DNA of 64,000 nucleotides from Amphiscolops sp. MND2022. Taxonomy: Eukaryota. A program made the position numbers and the translations under genes. The notes under the pieces are model-generated. The model saw nothing but the letters and a program-made list of their open reading frames with translations. It did no database searches and had not been told where the DNA came from. The first letter of the stretch is position 1. Every line of letters starts with the position of its first letter. Location of the stretch: positions 55,120,001 through 55,184,000 of the forward strand of contig OZ076409.1 of the NCBI GenBank assembly GCA_964187785.1, read 5' to 3'. Of the stretch, positions 1 through 10,365 are shown piece after piece.

Positions 1-287
1 TCATTCAACAATGTATTAGAGTCCTATATGTGCAGTGGCACCAAATTTGTATAGCTGGGATGTGAGAAACATTGCCTAAATTAGCCCAAAAATGGCCAAA
101 AAACAGTCATTTTTCGATTCTCGCAAAAACTGTCTATACGATTCAAACGAAATTTTCTACAGCCATTTTCTACACCGGAACATGGTCATATATGTGCAAT
201 TTTATTAAATTCGTATGACTGGGGATGGAGCGAGTCAGAAGGAAAAAGACCTAAGCCGACTCCTTTACCGCATATGCGGCTCTGGTT
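1..287 (+). mobile_element. Dispersed non-autonomous repeat family B (Helentron/HINE-like); other copies ~3448-3781, ~26832-27233, ~34613-34850
   Basis: Shared body and a shared 3' end (AAGCCGACTCCTTTA-CCGCATATGCGG hairpin-CTCTGG followed by a T run). The 5' GGAGTCGG at ~34614 is the inverse of the 3' CCGACTCC. The class assignment is inferred from structure only. Confidence 0.6.
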
Positions 288-348
288 TTTTACTTCAATT
301 GACAATTCAGAAAAAGTGTTCCAAATGACTTCAAAGTTGTTTGTGGCC

Positions 349-829
349 GTTTTTAGTCGGCGTTTTTTTTGTGAAAAAAGACCGACTATAAGAGTTTTTT
401 TTCGTCAGCCTACAATCTCGCTCTTATTGGGCCACTTTTCTTACAATCGAAACTACTACCATAAGGCGAAGTCCGGTCAGCGGAAGTTAGTGCAAAAGGG
501 TCCCCCTTTCATTTTTCACTTTTTTCAACGTAACCTACAAAACCGGACGAGACTAAAAGGTCCCCCTTTTGAGTTTTTTCGGCACTATGCGACTTTTTTG
601 CCGAAATTTCTTCAATGTCTCAAAAGAGTCCCCTTTCCAGATTTGTGATATTTAGCAACAAAATATATGTCAATAAATCCCAAAGGGTCCCCCTTCTACA
701 TTTTTTCGGCACTATGCGACATTTTCTCTAAGAAAAAAATCAAAAATTTCAAGTTTTCTTTCAAACAAAAGTCTTGCGCTTTTTGAGCCTTAGATATAGC
801 TCCGACTTTAGACGTTCATGTCTTGTTTG
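349..829 (+). mobile_element. Dispersed non-autonomous repeat family A ('GGGTCCCCC' family, Helentron/DINE-1-like); about 10 copies in the window
   Basis: 5' TTTTAGTCGGCG...CCGACTA, internal GGGTCCCCC-containing repeats, and a 3' GAGCCTTAGATATAGC(G/T)CCGACT-TT-AGACGTTC(C/T/A)(C/T)GTCT-TGTTT end (subterminal inverse plus hairpin, T-rich flanks). Other copies: 3843-4048+18215-18501, 24421-25015(-), 36242-36670, 41140-42005(-), 42497-42990, 46125-46541, 53828-54420(-), 57315-57812(-). Confidence 0.7.
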
Positions 830-2475
830 TGATTCGACAAGATTGAAAAAACTTGCGTGAAGCCATTATATTAGTGTCGTTTTCATATAAATTGCCTAGT
901 TTTTGTTTACTGTTTTTTTCGTTTTTCACACGAAGTCTAACGAAATGATCAGCGACACATGGAGATTATGAGCTGATGTGTTTCTAAACTTTTGCATGTG
1001 ACCTATGTTCATCGTTGTCACGGCTGCCGAGTTCCTAATAATAATGATTATATAAGTTGTTCCTTATCGGGTGCCTTACGTGGTTTTATGTTACCAAGTG
1101 GTTGGCACACACCCGTGGGCTCCAAATGAGGAGAAACAATGAGCGAGAATGCTTATCAGAAGACTTATTACCCATGCGGGCCCTTATTTCAGTAAACCGG
1201 CAGAAATGAACGAAATTGTTAAATTAGCAACCCATCATTGTCCAAAAGAGCAACCGCCTGAAAACTGAAAAGTTTACATCCTCGTTTCTGTGAAAATCAC
1301 TTCTTGCAGCTCCGACCCGCAATGTCAGTAATTTTTTGTCAGTGTTGCATGTATGTGTAACAGGCAACTACCTGCTTAGTCGTGGTTTTTGTCTCACTCA
1401 GTTAATCCCATGCTTTTGATTTATACTTTGAAGAGATTAGAAATGAGTTCCATAGCAGGAATACGACCCTATGATTTTGCTAATTCAACTATGACTATAA
1501 CGATTGTCTCATTCCTCATCATGAAAAAAGATTGTGGACAAACTTTTCGGAATTTACATAGTTTGTCGTTTTTTTGCAACTGAAAACGTGTGATATGAAA
1601 GTTTTATGTTGAAAATCAAAAAGATGCAAAAAGTGCTGTCTTGAGCCTCAGTTGTCTCCTATTGCGTTTTTATCCTCTATTCGGTACCCTTGTCACTATT
1701 GATCCTTAGCATTTTCATATATGGAGAACTCTGGCCTTTCTCGGAAAACGCCCAAATGATGTTTACTGTTTTATAAATTTTTTCGCAGAATTTTTAAATT
1801 AATCTGAACTGCTCTTGCGTGCTACTGAATTCTCTTTTTGTATTTCACCCATTTCTTTTCAGTAATATTCAAATTTCCGAGTTTGTTTATAATGAGTTGT
1901 TTAACTGCACATCATAGATGTTCTTGACACAAAGCGATGTGTTATTTTATTTCCTGAGAATGAACTTCAGTAGATTTTTTTGTTTCAATTTTACCTGCTT
2001 GCTACGAAGTCGAAAGCTGAATTCGTGCTTGCATAAATTATCGAGACTTCACTGAACCCGAAGACAACATCACTGTGTTCCTAATTTTTGTTCAAATGCT
2101 GGTGTTCTAATGAATGTGTTCGGAGATGACGAACCAGGAATGACTGCGTTCTAGACAACATTAAGAATGAAAAAAATTCATGCGCATGAATTCCTTTGGC
2201 TCAGGTGTAGGGGTAGACCTGCATTTTCCGTTCAACTGAAGGCGTTCATAAGCCGTGTGGCGTCGTGAATTCGTATGGTTTTTATTGAATATGGAATTTC
2301 AGTGTTTCCACTTTTCAACAGTTCACTTTAAACTCTATAATTATCACAAGTCTTCCATATATATTGTCAATTACGTTACATTTCTAGCTTCAATATTACG
2401 ACCACAGTCGTATTTTTTATCAATTAAAAGGTCTGGTCTCTTACAAGTATCCGAATTCTTTGAATGCGAGTAAAA

Positions 2476-3447
2476 GTCACGGTTGTGGATGCTCTTGCAC
2501 CCAGTCGCCTGAATCAAGGCTCTTTATGCAACCCGGGAACCACCGCCACCGAGGCTCAAAAATTGATAAGAATCGCGAATTAATAGACAATGGATACATT
2601 TTTCAGCCAGTGGCCTTGGAAGTACAGGGTTCTTTAGGCGAGAGCAGTGAAATTTTCATCACGCGTCTCTGTAAAATGCTCTGTCGTTCGCACGACGATC
2701 AACGATCCGGCAGCTTTTTGAAGCAACGGATTTCAATGGCTCTTCTGATCGGCAATGCGGCCTGTGTTCTAGGAACTGTGAGCAACAGAGATGCGTTCGA
2801 ATAATTTTATTACACATAGCCTAATTTTTTTGACATTTATATCAAAGCAGCTTTCAAAAAAATTCCACCGGTCGACTGAATAGTGGCTGGTTTGAGTAGT
2901 TTTTTGGTTGTTTTTTTTGTTAATGGTCTACTGGGATAGTGGCTGGTATGGGGTTCCCTTCTTTCGTTGCAGACGGGTGGCTGTAAATAGGTCGAATTTT
3001 TCTGGTCGAAAGGACAGAGGTCGAACCTTTTGATCGAATTGCAGGGATCGAATGAAATGCGGTCGAATATCATCGTATTTGTTGTATGGCTCATTCATCG
3101 CTTCGCTCCCTTCGCCAAGTAGCAACATTGAGGCATGGCCATATGGCACGTCGCTCCGCTTCGCTTCGCTCCTGTATTCAGGGCACTAGGGGTATGTGAA
3201 CATATCTGACTACGTTAAAAAAATTTCGATCCGAGTTGCTTCGATCCCATTCAAAAATTTGGTATGTCGACCTGAGGACTAACTTTGATTTTCGATTCCG
3301 TTCCTTCGACCTACGTCCGCCCACCCGTTGCAGACCACGGGTGTGTGTCTTCTGCCCCCAACATGATGATACACATGGCACTTAATTGATGACGAAGATC
3401 CATGATATCTGATAGAGAAAAAAAAACAAAAAAAGAAAAAAGAAAAC
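2476..3447 (+). mobile_element. 5'-truncated CRE-like (restriction-like endonuclease) non-LTR retrotransposon with 3' UTR and A-rich tail
   Basis: Translation across one frameshift reads VTVVDALAPSRLNQGSLCNPGTTATEA..IDKNRELIDNGYIFQPVALEVQGSLG...FLKQRISMALLIGNAACVLGTV, the C-terminal REL-endonuclease pattern of CRE-type elements. Stop at 2802-2804; A-rich tail at ~3418-3447. Confidence 0.75.
2975..3326. mobile_element. MITE (GGGTGG...CCACCC termini, 9-bp TSD; Mutator-like)
   Basis: TSD GTTGCAGAC at 2966-2974 and 3327-3335. A second copy lies at 17057-17971. Confidence 0.88.
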
Positions 3448-4048
3448 AATTTCTCAAAAACTGTTCATACGAATCGAACGAAATTTTTTACAGTCATTCA
3501 ACACCGTATTAGAGTCCTATATGTGCAGTGGCACCAAAATTGTACAGCTGGGATGTGAGAAACATTGCCTAAATTAGCCCAAAAATGGCCAAAAAACAGT
3601 CATTTTTCGATTCTCGCAAAAACTGTCCATACGATTCAAACGAAATTTTCTACAGACATTTTCTACACCGGAACATGGTCCTATATGTGCAATTTTAATA
3701 AATTCGTATGACTGGGGATGGAGCGAGTCAGAAGGAAAAAGACCTAAGCCGACTCCTTTACCGCATATGCGGCTCTGGTTTTTTACTTCAATTGACAATT
3801 CAGAAAAAGTGTTCCAAATGACTTCAAAGTTGTTTGTGGCCGTTTTTAGTCGGCGTTTTTCTTGTGAAAAAAGACCGACTATTACAGAGGCTAGTTTTTT
3901 TTCGTCAGCCTACAATCTCGCTCTGATTCGGCCACTTTTTTCACAATCGAAACTACTACCATAAGGCGAAGTCCGGTCAGCTGAAGTTAGTGCAAAAGGG
4001 TCCCCCCTTTCATTTTTTACTTTTTTTAACGTAACCTACAAAACCGGA

Positions 4049-4487
4049 TGTAAAATTCTTGGGGTTTTCCGGTTTTTAAATCTCTTTTGCTTTAGGTTTC
4101 TTCAGAGCGGGGCGTGAGGAAGGCTTTACAGAAAAGATTTTATTGTCGATGTTTTATAGTCAACTATTCAATAGAAGCCCAAAAATTCTTGTCCTCAAAT
4201 TTTTGTCATCAATGTTTTATTTTCTTCACTTTATTGTTTCCTGTCATGCGGAAATTAACCAAAATATTTTTTATCAAAAACTGCCCATGCGTGTATTTAG
4301 AGGGTGGGTCATAATATATTTTTATTGCTTTTTTTATTGTTCGTGAAATTACGATTTGCTCTCCGAGGGGTTGTTTTATTAAGATTAAATATTCATAGCT
4401 CCAATTGAGGGTCAAAATAATTAGTGAGGGTTTATATTGATTAGCTTCACAAAGTTTAATACCTTCTAATATTCAAAGAATATTACA
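4049..4487 (-). repeat. 3' LTR (439 bp)
   Basis: TGTAAAATTCTT...AAGAATATTACA imperfect terminal inverted repeat. Matches the interrupted LTR at 16273-18214 with about 19 substitutions by manual count. Confidence 0.95.
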
Positions 4488-4516
4488 CTACCCGACTTTG
4501 ATTCTTTCACTCGCCG
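4488..4516 (-). promoter_or_regulatory. Polypurine-tract-like sequence next to the 3' LTR
   Basis: Minus strand reads GGCGAGTGAAAGAATCAAAGTCGGGTAG immediately before the LTR TGTAAT. Confidence 0.55.
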
Positions 4517-4566
4517 ATTTAAAAAGTTCATCAAAACGTCGAGAAAGTTAGTAGTTTTCTTTCCTT

Positions 4567-6826
4567 TCAAATTTGACCTGTTCGTAGTTGTCTATTGAGT
4601 TGTGAGTAGATTGGGGCATCGGGCTCAGGGTTTCGTGTTTCTTTTAGTTGAGATTCCGGAATCAGCAAACTGTTGTTCCTCCACGGAAATTTTTCGTCGT
4701 TTTCCAATCCTTCCATCCTTCCAGATAATGATCTTCCACCATCATTATCGGTTTCAGTGACACCTTTTGGTTGTCCAGTTTATGGAAGAATGGTAGAAAT
4801 TTTGGTAGTCTCTTGTATCTGTGTAGTGCATACGTAACACCCAGGTGGAGTGCTGTACTAACAAAGAATACTACAAAGCCAATCGCAAGGTGACTTTTCC
4901 ATGACAGATAATTGTTGAACTGTTTCTCCAGGGACGGCTTTAGAGCTGTAAGTTTCTGAGCAATTGGCTGTGCAATATAATTCAAGTCTGAACGGTATGA
5001 ATTATCCGGTTGGGATTGTAGTTCCAATTTCATTGAGCTCAGGAGTTGAATATTCGCTTCCACTCGTGTGTTGTAATGGGGAAGCTGGTCCACTGTTGGA
5101 ATAAGGCTGAACAGTCTAGCCATTGGTTCCGGTAGTGTTACATTGAGTTTCAGTGGTGGAACTTTCATGCAAGTGCTAAGGTCAGATCTGATTCTAACGT
5201 TGGGGCCGATCAATTGTTTACCACAGCGTAGACTCACCAGGCATATCTGACAACCATCTATCGTTGTAGATCCTGCTGTGGTTGTTGCATTCATGTAGGA
5301 TTCACGAAACTTGAAGTTGGATGAGGTTGAGGTTATGAGCCATATTCCATAACCTAGGTTCGTTGCTTTCTCTTTTAGGGGGAGTGTCACAGCTTCGGTG
5401 TCGCAATCTTCAATTGCGTCCATAACATTTCCAAAATAGAGTACTGCCAAGCATGACGCATCTGATGTTTCAGCTGCCATGGTTTCGTGACAAATCTTGT
5501 TTTTGTTGGAGCCGATGCACTTTCCCAGTTGATCACGTGTTACCAATGCGGTTTCTCTTAGGTCTTCAGATATTGCAATATACTCCGTTTCCACAGTCCA
5601 CTGGATTGCATACGCTGTTTCCAGTTGTGGCATGGGGACCACTATTGCTTTGTAGACTGTGAAAACTGTTTGGCGGGATGCCAGTGATTAGACATTGTCA
5701 TCAGCAAGCCATCGTCTAATGTTAGGACGTCTAAGAGCAGTCGCGCTTCATAATACGCCAGAAGCTCGTCCAAGGGAATAGCCAAAGTTAGTCTGTCGCG
5801 GGATTGTAGTTGTTCTGTGGCCACCTGCTGTAGAATAATTTCCAGAGATTCTTTCGGTAACAAGGACATCGGAACATATTGCGTGAGTAAGGAAATTATT
5901 GCATTCATGATGTTCATTTGGAAGGCATACAGTGCTGCTCTGTAGGACTTTACATTACTGTAAATCAAAGATAAGAGTGATAAGATGGTGTCAAAGTTGA
6001 AGTTCACTTGCTGTCGTGTATAGAGCAGTTGATCACAATTTCTCATCTCGTGGATATTTTGCTGAAAGGTGTTGAACTGTTTCTCAATTGCTCTCCAGTT
6101 TTGGTTTTGGGTCCCAATGATTTGTCTTTGGATGCCATGTAACATCTCTAGTTCCTTTGATACTCGTAAAAATTTAGTATCCGTTGAGTTTGCCAGCTGT
6201 TGGATATTTTCGCCCGAAGATATCGCGTATTCTCCCAGTTTTTCAATATTCCTTGCGTTCTGTTTTGCTTTTTCCTGACATGAGCCGATAATACCCATAA
6301 TTCCACAATCTCCAGAGCCAAACATTATGCCACCTCCGAATAAACCGATTGCACCTACCGCTGCTGCTGTTAACGGGAGAGCTCGTTTTTTCCGTGTCCT
6401 TTTGTTTTCTTGTGTACCCTTTAGGAAAGATGCCACGTCACCCTTGATTTTAAGCAGGTCGTTTTGTGCACATGAAATTTCCTTTTGTGTTTCCTTGAGG
6501 AGCCAGTCCATTTTGAAATCTACTTCACTTGTATTTGTGAAGTTGAGATAGCAGAAGTAAGTTGGGGTTTGCCACATATTTTGGAGTGACTGTGCTATTT
6601 GGTCAACATTCGAAATAAGGGTCACTTCAAAGCGTGGGAAAGGGACCAAAAATTGGACATTGATAAATTTTTTTACCAGGAGGATTTTGGTTTCTTCATT
6701 AAAGAAAATGCCCTTGTCCAAGCTGCCTTGACGACTGATACCCTGCGCTATGTGAATGAACAGAATTAAGGAAAGCATTTTGGGCAGAGGTCTAGGCCTC
6801 TCAATCGTAGGGTGTTGTACTAACAT
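4567..6826 (-). pseudogene. env: env: class I viral fusion glycoprotein (F-type architecture), two frameshifts
   Basis: Signal peptide MLSLILFIHIAQG (ATG 6778); furin site RTRKKR followed by fusion peptide ALPLTAAAVGAIGLFGGGIMFG (~6400-6320); heptad region; Cys-rich ectodomain; TM segment LAIGFVVFFVSTALHLGVTYAL. One frameshift at ~5685. An 8-bp duplication (GGAAGGAT, ~4707-4722) shifts the tail, whose restored frame ends ...PIYSQLNRQLRTGQI* at 4567. Confidence 0.88.
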
Positions 6827-6828
6827 TA

Positions 6829-7164
6829 TTAGGGTAGCTCAATCGCCATGTAGTCCAAAAGGTCAAGGAGTTGGTCTTTCATCTGCTGTTGCCCTTTCAT
6901 AGTATTTCTTAGTGTCTGGAGTAGGTAGAAGAGATCCTCAAACTCTGGTGTTTCTTCGTCAATGTCCATGATACTGAAGGTGCTAGTGTTTTCTGTTGTC
7001 GCTTGAATAAAAAGGGGTGCACAACATCCACATTGTTGAGTTTGAATGGTATGGATTAGGATTGGATTTAGCTGTCGCGCCGGAGTCCATTTGAAAGGTG
7101 TCGGGAAAGTGATTTTCATGGGCACTAGTGTAACTCTCACTGTTAGGCCTGGTGATGTAGACAT
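6829..7164 (-). CDS. Orphan 111-aa accessory ORF of the LTR element, directly upstream of env
   Basis: ATG-initiated, uninterrupted and on the element strand. Its stop runs TAA-TAATG into the first env-frame ATG (6826). No recognisable domain. Confidence 0.5.
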   Translation of the reverse strand: MSTSPGLTVRVTLVPMKITFPTPFKWTPARQLNPILIHTIQTQQCGCCAPLFIQATTENTSTFSIMDIDEETPEFEDLFYLLQTLRNTMKGQQQMKDQLLDLLDYMAIELP

Positions 7165-8034
7165 TTTGGGTTATTTACTGTGAGTCAAAGTTGTCATTTC
7201 ATATATGTAGGTAAGGACTCTTTGGAATTTGTTGAGTGTTCAGAATGTTGAATGTTTTGGGTTGAATTTCAAGTAAATTTCAGATAGAATGGGGTTGTTG
7301 ATACCCAATAAAGAATCAATAAATTTTCAGCAGTCTTGTCGGCGTCTTGGTTATTAAATTCAAGCAAATAATTTCAGCAACCACGGAAAAATTTTATTAA
7401 ATAGACGTTATTTTATTATTTGTCACTGTTCGACCGGAATTTCAATAATCTGAACTCATTAGAATGTACTCGCCCGGAAATTTTCAATTTCCATTTTAAT
7501 TGAATTGTTTTGTTGGCCCAAGCTTGAATGGCGTCCCTTTGTTTACTGTTGTTTTATTACCAGACTATCTGCCAAAATGTTGAACTCTGCCAAAATCTGA
7601 ACTTTGCCAAAATGTTGTTCGAGTTCTTTCAGAGCATAAGCATTACCACATAACTTTGTCAAAGTTGCACCAGCTTTTGTGTTGTCCTGGTGGCACTACA
7701 GCTTTCGAAGGTGGGCGTCCAGTCAGTTTTGTACCCAACCGGGATCCGCGTTGTTCCTTAGACGGAAAGACTCCTCAGAAGGGCGGATCAGCCAGTCATT
7801 TTGATGATGACTCCCTCCAGTGTTTGTTTGTGCCCTGGTTGCTTGCCCTGATATTCATAGGGGTAACTTTTCTGTTTTGCCTCGAAAGACTCTGCAACCG
7901 AGATTAACTGGTTTACCTTACTAGATTGAACTTTTTGGATATAGTTAGTTTGCCTTAGTTTGGTTCAATTCTGGTCCCTAAAGCAAGAAACGTATGAAGT
8001 ATGGACTTGAAGGTTCCTTTTTTCCATATTTCTG

Positions 8035-8853
8035 ATGGAGAAATTTAATTTACTCTTGGAACTATGTCAGGGTCAATGCAAGGAAGTTCCACCTGTATCT
8101 GCTGCTGAGGCTGCAAAGTTCGAAAACATTAGTATTGTACGTGGTGTCACATGTTATTATAAAGTTCCGCTGTTACAGCAGTTGTCCGTTGAATGAACCG
8201 ATTTGGCAGTTCTTAAAGAGTCTTTCACCAATTGGGGTGAGGAGAAGCAAAATGTTGAGTTCTCTAGTACTAGTCTGTTAACAGCTTTAATGCCAACGAA
8301 GGATGTGAATGATATTAGCAAATGGTTTCACAGCGCCGTTGTACCCATTGAAAGAGTTTATGAGCCTGTTCTCCTGGTAGCGACTGGTAATTGCTTGACC
8401 GTCTTTCATGTCGATAATAGCCCGCCTACCGAAATTGTGGCTTCTTTATTACGCGGACGTAAATTATGGATATTCGCCAGTCATGGGTCAAAATCAGCAG
8501 CCCGGTTGGTCAAAAGAAAAGAAGAGACAGAATTTCAGCAATTTATTGAAGATCTTATGTTTCATCGTTTCCAAGATCTTTTATTTTGTGTGCAGGAACC
8601 TCGTGATACAGTGTGTTTTCCCGCCAGAACAGTGCATTTTGTTTTGAGTGTGACAGCAGGAAATGAATGGAATTGTTTATTAGGTCATAATATTAGTCAC
8701 AGAGAGGAGGTAGCTACCGCTATGGAAGTGAAAGCTTACAATCGTTGTAGTGGAATTGCTTCTCGTATAGTGCAAGGAAAAACGACAAAGCGGTCTGGTG
8801 TTACAAAGACGCGTTTTACCAATCGTCGAAGAACACAGAACTCTTCAAAATGA
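8035..8853 (+). pseudogene. JmjC-domain (Fe(II)/2-oxoglutarate cupin oxygenase, demethylase/hydroxylase-like) ORF, antisense within the LTR element
   Basis: Motifs LTVFHVD (His 8407-8409, Asp 8413-8415), LLRGRKLWIF (Lys 8461-8463) and CVQEPRDTVCFPARTVHFVLS (His 8635-8637) match the JmjC core T-x-F-H-x-D / G-x-K-x-W / C-x-Q-x-P-G-x-T...P-x-x-x-x-H-x-V. The frame is open from ATG 8035 apart from one TGA at 8194-8196. The C-terminus is basic. Confidence 0.8.
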
Positions 8854-8944
8854 TGGTTAGTCTATTTTAGGAACAAGTTTTTCGAAATCCTTTTATGCAT
8901 ATTTTTTTATGCTATCGCACAGACTGTTTTTTCAAAACCCAGTG

Positions 8945-9690
8945 TGTGTCAGTAGCTGCCGTAAGATGTTTAAGCACAGTTTTTTTAAACAGGTAAGGTC
9001 TTTTTAGAAGGCCTTTTTAGCGTTTTGGGCATTCTAGCCCTTCCGCTATCACCTTGTCGTGTAGTGCTCATGTAACGTGGTCCATTTGGGGGTATTTCGC
9101 GTGGCTGGCCAATTGCACTTAGCCAGTCGCAGTGACAAAATCGGAGTTGTCCGCTAATGTAGGGTAAGGTCGTTTTTGTTTAACATGTATTTTTTTTTGG
9201 TTTTTTGATGGATGAGCGCATCCGCTACCACCCTATGGTGTAGTTCTCATGGAGCACAATCCGGGGAAGGACAATATGCACTGATTTTTTCTTCCACTTA
9301 GCCAGTCGCAGTGGCAAAATTGTCGTTTTTGTGGAAACTTACTGAGGTCGAAAAAAATTGTAACTGGGAGGATGAAGTTTTTCTTATATAATTTTGCTTT
9401 TGCGCGCTTTTTCTATCACCCTATCGTGTAGTACACGTTTAGGGGTATCTGTTGAGGTATTTTCCGTGTCGGAATCTTGTCTCTTTTTCTCAGTCGCAGT
9501 CGCAAACTGTCAATTTTTATCATAAGGTCAGATAGGACTTTTTTTCTAATAGGGTATTTATGGATCAGCAATGCTTTTTGAAGGTACAATAGATACCCTA
9601 TCTTGTAGATGAAATTCTAAGGTGTCCATCAGTGTGTTTTTTGTATGGTTAACATGTCACTTTTTTATGTTCGCAGTGTCAAAATGTGGT
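8945..9690. repeat. Degenerate tandem array, period ~178-188 bp, four units plus a partial one
   Basis: Box A CTAYCACCYTRTSGTGTAG at 9046, 9225, 9413 and degenerate ~9592; box B CAGTCGCAGT..CAAA at 9124, 9303, 9491 and ~9668; T(A/G)AGGTC at 8995, 9165, 9343, 9523. Confidence 0.75.
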
Positions 9691-9917
9691 CAATGCCAAA
9701 TGTCGTATGTCAAGATAGTCGATTCTCTGCTCATTTTTCGAAAAGTGTCTTGTCTAAAGACATGTCCTTGAAGTTTTGCTGCAGAAATTTTTCAATCCAT
9801 GGGTTTTTTGCAGGTTGTGGAAGTGGAGGAACATAGAGTTTTCACGGTTTTCAAGGCTAAATTCAGTTGGTTGGTTAATGTTAACTTACGGGTGTCTGGT
9901 ATGGGAAGGTTGGTCCG

Positions 9918-10365
9918 TCATTGGGCGTAGGGTGCTCTGTGAGGAAATACACAAACGGTTATCGTCAAATTCGTGTGTTGGAAGACTTCTATCAAGAGGT
10001 TGCGTACTTGTTGCCATGGGAGTTTGTCTCTTCCACATCCAAGTTTGGGTAATCGGATTTTATCTACTCCATACCGTTGAGCATGGTCACGCATCAGTAG
10101 AAGGCTTTAACGCAGTGATGCAATTGAAGGCTTGTGGAAAAATTTTCGTTTCGTCACCAAGTTGTATATCCATTGTCGGGAATACTTGTCATAGAATGCA
10201 AAAACTGAACCAGGAGCAAGGTTCTTCGATGATTGTGTTTTTATTCGGGGTTATAGCCTGTCAAACCGGTCGGCTATACCTATACCCATTGCAAAGTCCG
10301 AAGACACGCAGTGTGCCATACTAGAGGACGAACAGAAGATGTTGTCATAGACTATGTTGACATTG
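9918..10365 (-). pseudogene. TARG1/OARD1 (Poa1p-like) macrodomain, ADP-ribose glycohydrolase-like, downstream of integrase
   Basis: Manual translation: VNIVYDNIFCSSSSMAHCVSSDFAMGIGIADRFDRL*PRIK...WIYNLVTKRKFFHKPSIASLR*SLLLMRDHAQRYGVDKIRLPKLGCGRDKLPWQQVRNLLIEVFQHTNLTITVCV. This carries the AHC-x-S-x-D-x-x-MG-x-GIA, L-(I/V)-TK and P-x-(I/L)-GCG-x-D-x-L-x-W motifs. Internal stops at 10251-10253 and 10107-10109. Confidence 0.88.

Larger units (their letters stand above)
1..2477 (+). repeat. Copy 1 of a tandem segmental duplication (copy 2 = ~3494-4048 + 18220-19131 + 21251-22268)
   Basis: Near-identical, collinear sequence in both copies (e.g. 288-346 vs 3784-3842; 830-1468 vs 18502-19131; 1469-2477 vs 21251-22268). 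Copy 1 lacks the LTR element and the hAT element and shows their empty sites (AAAACCGGACGAGAC ~539-553; GGAATACGACCCTATG ~1458-1473). Confidence 0.93.

Noticed and set aside
274..648. ORFs inside repeat families A and B (also 3574-3964, 24453-24918, 41159-41816, 57560-57871)
   Set aside because: Chance frames in non-coding dispersed repeats.
7568..7616. Three 17-18-bp tandem repeats (TGCCAAAAT(G/C)T..AACT) inside the LTR element
   Set aside because: Too short to assign a function; it could belong to an internal promoter but nothing supports that.
9040..9610. Protein-repeat reading (LHDRVI-like) of the ~180-bp array
   Set aside because: Stops recur at equivalent positions in different units and no long frame exists; kept as a non-coding array.
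9776..10324. 182-aa plus-strand ORF
   Set aside because: Antisense shadow of the minus-strand macrodomain; it has no motif of its own.
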